NCBI RefSeq assembly: GCF_009914755.1
Contig: NC_060942.1
Length of the DNA stretch: 64,000 nt
From: the human T2T-CHM13v2.0 reference genome, Homo sapiens
Direction: 5' to 3' (one strand)
In this document: positions 55,628 through 64,000 of the stretch, one piece after another
Layout of the letters: each line of letters starts with the position of its first letter
Position numbering within the stretch: the first letter of the stretch is position 1
The notes under the pieces: model-generated
Told to the model about the DNA's origin: nothing
Seen by the model: the letters and a program-made list of their open reading frames with translations, nothing else
Databases searched by the model: none
Translations under genes and position numbers: made by a program

Positions 55628-55745
55628 ATTTATTAGAGACAGGGTTTCGCAACATTGCCTAGACTGGCCTCCTGGGATCAAGGGATCTTCCCACCTTAGC
55701 CTCCCAAGCAGCTGGGGCTACAGACAGGTGCCACTGTGATGGGCA
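55628..55745 (-). mobile_element. FLAM-type Alu monomer within a MIR remnant
   Basis: tagagacagggtttcgc...cccaccttagcctcccaagcagctgggg. Confidence 0.8.
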
Positions 55746-55869
55746 TGTTAGCCAATATTTACTGAGCACTTATTGTGGCCTTTTTCCATATTGCATCTGT
55801 TTCAATCCAAATAAAATACACTCTTCTACCATATTGACCAGTATGTGGCACTCACTATATCATAAGTTA

Positions 55870-56219
<350 letters not shown>

Positions 56220-56629
56220 TCATTAGTTTGCAATTCTTGGGCGACCTGACCTGACGTTAATTATACATTAGTTAATAAATTTAATGCAGGACAATCTCAA
56301 TCCTAATGGAAGGCACAGTTTGTGAAGAGCAAGAAAATGTTCATCTCCTTCCCTACAGTATTACATACTTAAATAAAATGCCCATCCTTGTAAGCGAAAG
56401 CATAAAACATTTTTAAGAGTCTTGATTTCTTTAATTACTCATGATCCTGCAATCCTAATTAAATCTAAAAGCCAAATCCCATGGCTTATGATATCCTAAG
56501 CTTCTGTCTCCAGAGGACTGCTGCATGCAATAACTATTCTCTGATGTTTGCTATTATGAAGATTGACATAAGCACAGGACTAGAGTTAGTTTCATACGTT
56601 CGTCTAAAATCCTAGACACTGGAAATAAA

Positions 56630-56765
56630 ATTCATTCATTCTACAAATATTTACTGAACGAACGCCTGCTATATACATCAGGCAACCTTCGGGCAAAAAA
56701 GCATATCCTTGCCATCTTGATGTTTATATACTGGAAGGGAAAGACATTCTACATAAATGTATTAA
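56630..56765 (-). mobile_element. L2 3' end
   Basis: ttcattcattctacaaatatttactgaacg. Confidence 0.7.
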
Positions 56766-57093
56766 CATAAAACCCTGACTTGGTTTACAGTGAGATGCTC
56801 CTAAAAGGCTGAGGAACCAAGGCTTCCTGCCAAACACTCCCTCATTCTCCAGTGAACACTGCGAAAAAGAATATTTATTTTCAACCCATAGCCCCCACCC
56901 TGTGGAGATATGAAAGAATCAGTGTTGGGAAAACTGAGAGTTGGATACGGTTGAGAGAATGCCAAGCCCAGGGAGAGGAGCATGGATGAGATGATCCTGG
57001 GGTGTGGGGGACTTGCTAGACTGATGAGGCACTCCTGCCTGAGAAACTGGAGGGCAGAAGCACTGGGGACTGCTTAGCATTTCACCGAGGGGC

Positions 57094-57569
<476 letters not shown>

Positions 57570-57589
57570 TCATAACATGAAAAATAAAT

Positions 57590-57735
57590 GTGGGTATGTC
57601 AGCTTTAGTTAAGGGGGTGAGGGAAGAGGTTTTAAGGAGGGACATCTAAGATAAACCTGAATTCTGGGAGGAGGCCATCATTCAAAATCTGGGGAAGAGA
57701 ATTCCAGGCAAAGGGAGCTGTGACAGCACAGAGGT
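57590..57735 (-). mobile_element. L2 fragment
   Basis: atctggggaagagaattccaggcaaagggag. Confidence 0.65.
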
Positions 57736-58127
57736 GCCAATTCAAACTAGGGTGAATTCTACAACTAATAACAGTGACTCAGTGACTATTTGTGTAGTAA
57801 TTTTATATTTTGTTTTAAATTATGTCTGCTTATTTGATCCCCACAAAGCCTAATAACCCTGAGGGATTTGGGTCTCCAGTTGCAGTGGGGGAAATCTTGA
57901 CCAAAACAAGTGACACCCAGGCCCAGGTCAAGTCAGTTGCAGGCTGGGCCTCTGAGCCGCGCTGGGCCTGGGCTGCAGCATCTGGCCGAGTGTGTGCACC
58001 CTTCCCCGTTGTGTGCGCCCTTCGCTGGGTGTGATAGCCACTTCTGTGTCAAGGTCCCACCACCTCTATGCTGACTCCTCTGCCCTCGAGCTCCAGCAGG
58101 GACAAAGGTCCCTGCTTCAAAGACCTT

Positions 58128-58535
58128 CCGAGATCTGGTTCCCCAGCAATAGAGGCTGAGATGGATTCCTGGGGCAGGAGGGTTATGGGGCAATTCCCTT
58201 GCAGGGATACCTGGCAGGGAGTGAGGAAATCCAGACCCCACAGAGAGACAGATCAGATTGTCATGCTCTTGCAGTGGGGGCCTCAGCTGCTGGGATGCTC
58301 TGGAGCTGCCACAGCCCTTCAGAGACTTTCCAGCTTTGAGGCCTCGGCACCCTGTGCTGAGTGGTCATTGGGTCCAGGCTGCCCCTGGCCGGGGAAGAGA
58401 AGTTTGTGTAAAGCAGCTCCCTTCAGCCACCCCCAATTCCCAGGGAGGGATTTTGCTCAGAGTGGTCAAGGAAACACCTCCCAGCTGCTGGGAATGGGAG
58501 GCTCAGTCCCAAATCACTCCATAGCATCCACTGCA
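58128..58535 (-). mobile_element. LTR16A-like solo LTR (ERVL)
   Basis: gcagctcccttcagcc...caattccc...cctcccagctgctgggaatg...catagcatccactgca. Confidence 0.75.
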
Positions 58536-58605
58536 CACAGCTCTTCAGAAGAAATTCTCACAGAGAGAAGAGCCTCGAGAGGAAGTCAGTGTGGATGGAA
58601 CTAAA

Positions 58606-59590
58606 TTTTTAGAAATCTAGGCTCTTAGAATTCTTGATTTGCTATTTCAGATCTTCAAGTGTGTAATTATCTCAGTAGGTGAGGCCCCAACCAGAAATCA
58701 GGAATCACTCTAAGCATTTTGAAAAGAGAACATTAAATAGAGAGGATTGGTTACTGAAGGGGATGGACCAAAAGGAATGTTGAAGCAACTGGAACATCAA
58801 CAAGGCAGGAAGGCTGCAGGGAGCCAGGCAGGGTCATGAGAAGAGCTCAAGAACGAGGGCCATCCAGGAGCTGCTAGACCTTCAGGAGAAGGTCCAGAAA
58901 TGGCTCTATGTACAACCAGGCCTCGCCTGGGCCTCTTCACAGTCAGCTGTGTCCATTAGCCTTTCCAGGTGTCCATGGTGCTCCTACCCACAAACCTAGG
59001 ATAGATGCTTCCTCCAGTCATGCAACAGATCATAAATTCTTAGTTTTTGATTCTGAAATTGTCCAGAGCCCTTTTCAGTTGGTTTCAGCAGGAACAACTA
59101 TCAGTCCATAAATTCCATCTGTGAGTAACTAGGAATATTCTGTGCATTGAATGAAGACTGAAGGGAGAGGACATTGGATCAATGGCGGGTACTTAACTAA
59201 TGACTAGCTTGGGATGTTCACAGCTGATGGACACAGCTGACAGTGAAGAGGCCCAGGCAAGATCTGGTTGCACAGAGTGCCATTTCTGGACCTTCTCCTG
59301 AGGGTCTAGCGGCTCCTGGATGGCCCTCGTTCTTGAGCTCTGTTCATGCTGCCCCTTTGGCTCCCCCCAGCCTTCCTGCCTTGACAATGTTCCAGTTGCT
59401 TCAACATTCCTTTTGGCTTCCTAAATCTTCCATCCCCTTCAGTAACCAATCCTTTCTGTTTAATGTTCTCTTTTTAAAAAGCTTAGAGTGATTCCTGATT
59501 GCTAGTTGGGGCCTTATCTACTGAGGTAATTACACACATCAAGATCTGAAACAGCAAATCAAGAACTCTAAAAGCCCAGATTTCTAAAAA
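58606..59590. repeat. Long inverted repeat: arms 58606-58960 and 59223-59590
   Basis: About 89-90% identity by manual alignment, one 12-bp indel; 262-bp spacer. Confidence 0.96.
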
Positions 59591-59699
59591 CAGGAAGTCA
59601 TTTAGTCAAATCCCTGTCTTTTGATAATTCCCTTCACAACAGTATTGTAAAGTGATTTTCTGGTTCTCTGTTAACTCTTTCTTTGCTGCTTAAAGTTGG

Positions 59700-59935
59700 A
59701 AACAATAGCTTGGATTTGCAGGGAGGTGGATTTCAGGTTGATTCAAGAAAGAACCGTCTGATAATACTATAGACTTCCCAGGGCCGCAGATAGCTCCCTG
59801 GTACCATTAATATCTAAGAAGAAACCAAGTGACCAGTCAACGTGGCTATTGTAGAATATTCCACCACTGGTTGCTGCAATACACTTGATAACTCCTAAAA
59901 GCTGTTCCAACTTTAAAAATCCATGATTCTGTAAG
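59700..59935 (+). mobile_element. L3/CR1 3' end fragment
   Basis: ttgcagggaggtggatttcaggttgattcaagaaagaac; ends ttccaactttaaaaatccatgattctg. Confidence 0.6.
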
Positions 59936-60182
59936 TTGCAGCCCTCACTAATCAGACAATACCCACCAGTTAAGTGTACTGAGCCTACAAGCATTTTTAA
60001 AAACAAAATTCTTTCACATTTTGTCATATAACTAACTGCTGATCATCTTCTTTCTTCTATAGCACAGTAGTATGTAACACTTTGCAACAAATCATCAGCT
60101 TAAACATAGGCATGGGAAAGCATCTAATAATACTCAGATATTCTTTGTCCTGTTGACGGCACTGAGAGCAAAACAGTGGATA

Positions 60183-60285
60183 GCCCTGGTCTACAGAACA
60201 GTGGAGAGACTGGAATTTTATGTTAAAGGCTGCCCCGGTCTACAGAACAGTAGAGAGACTGGAATTTTATGTTTAAGACTGCCCC
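60183..60285. repeat. 49-bp tandem duplication
   Basis: gcccYggtctacagaacagtRgagagactggaattttatgtt x2. Confidence 0.95.
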
Positions 60286-60484
60286 AAGACAGCAACATTT
60301 GCTGCTCACCAGTATCCGCTGTTCTGCAGCCTCCGCTGCTGTTACCCAGGCAAACAGGGTCTGGAGTGGACCTCCAGCAAACTCCAACACACCTGCAGCT
60401 GAGGGTCCTCACTGTTAGAAGGAAAACTAACAAACAGAAAGGACATCCACACCAAAACCCCATCATCAAAGACCAACCACAAAG

Positions 60485-61481
60485 TTGGGGAAAAAACAGC
60501 TGGAAATCTGAAAACTCTAAAAATCAGAGCACCTCTCCTCCTCCAAAGGAACGCAGCTCCTCACCAGCAATGGAACGAAGCTGGACGGAGAACGATTTTG
60601 ACAAGTTGAGAGAAGAAGACTTCAGATGATCAAACTACTCCGAGCTAAAGGAGGAAGTTCGAAAACATGGCAAAGAAGTTAAAAACCTTGAAAAAAAATT
60701 AGACGAAAGGCTAACTAGAATAACCAGTGCAGAGAGGTCCTTAAAGGACCTGATGGAGCTGAAAACCAAGGCAGGAGAACTATGTGATGAATGCACAAGC
60801 TTCAGTAGCCAATTTGATCAACTGGAAGAAAGGGTATCAGTGATGGAAGATGAAATGAATGAAATGAAGCAAAAAGAGAAGCTTAGAGAAAAAAGAATAA
60901 AAAGAAACGAACAAAACCTCCAAGAAATATGGGACTATGTCTGATTGGTGTACCTGAAAGTGACAGGGAGAATGGAACCAAGTTGGAAAACACTCTGCAG
61001 GATATTATACAGAAGAACTTCCCCAATCTAGCAAGGCAGGCCAACATTCAAATTCAGGAAATACAGAGAATGCCACAAAGATACTTCTCGAGAAGAGCAA
61101 CTCCAAGACACATCATTGTCAGATTCACCAAAGTTGAAATGAAGGAAAAAATGTAAAGGGCAGCCAGAGAGAAAGGTTGGGTTACCCACAAAGGGAAGCC
61201 CACCAGACTAACAGCTGATTTCTCGGCAGAAACTCTACAAGCCAGAAGAGAGTGGGGGCCAATATTCAACATTCTTAAAGAAAAGAATTTTCAACCCAGA
61301 ATTTCATATCCAGCCAAACTAAGCTTCATAAGTGAAGGAGAAATAAAATACTTTACAGACAAGCGAATGCTGAGAGATTTCATCACCACCAGGCCTACCC
61401 CTACAAGAGCTCCTGAAGGAAGCACTAAACATGGAAAGGAACAACCAGTACCAGCCACTGCAAAAACATGCCAAATTGTAA
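60485..61481 (+). pseudogene. L1 ORF1p, inactivated
   Basis: Start ATG>TTG at 60485; TGA at 60627; frameshifting deletion near 60940; TAA at 61154; native stop at 61479-61481. Confidence 0.93.
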
Positions 61482-61544
61482 AGGCCATCGATGCTAGAAA
61501 GAAACTGCATCAACTAACAGGCAAAATAACCAGCTAACATCATA

Positions 61545-64000
<2,456 letters not shown>

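Overview
Primate (human-like) non-coding genomic DNA, dense in interspersed repeats: about 15 Alu/FLAM/FRAM copies, MIR, L2, L3/CR1, old L1M fragments, MaLR LTRs (MLT1, MSTB, THE1B), LTR16-type LTRs, a solo ERV9 LTR12C-like element and non-autonomous DNA transposons (MER2, MER6A, MER82, MER58B, MER5, MER53). It also holds a ~1.3-kb minisatellite with 54-58-bp units and ends inside a 5'-truncated, inactivated L1PA4-like LINE-1. I found no credible host protein-coding exon, RNA gene or CRISPR array. The only recognisable protein-coding signal is L1 ORF1/ORF2 and a Tigger transposase remnant. The most unusual structure is a complex local rearrangement at 53.9-59.6 kb: a ~355-bp-arm inverted repeat whose spacer carries an inverted copy of a segment ~5 kb upstream, with an 8-bp direct repeat bracketing the whole unit. 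There is also a 53-bp-arm near-perfect palindrome at 41.76-41.90 kb. Repeat family names come from my recall of consensus sequences, and identities and counts are by-eye estimates, not tool output.
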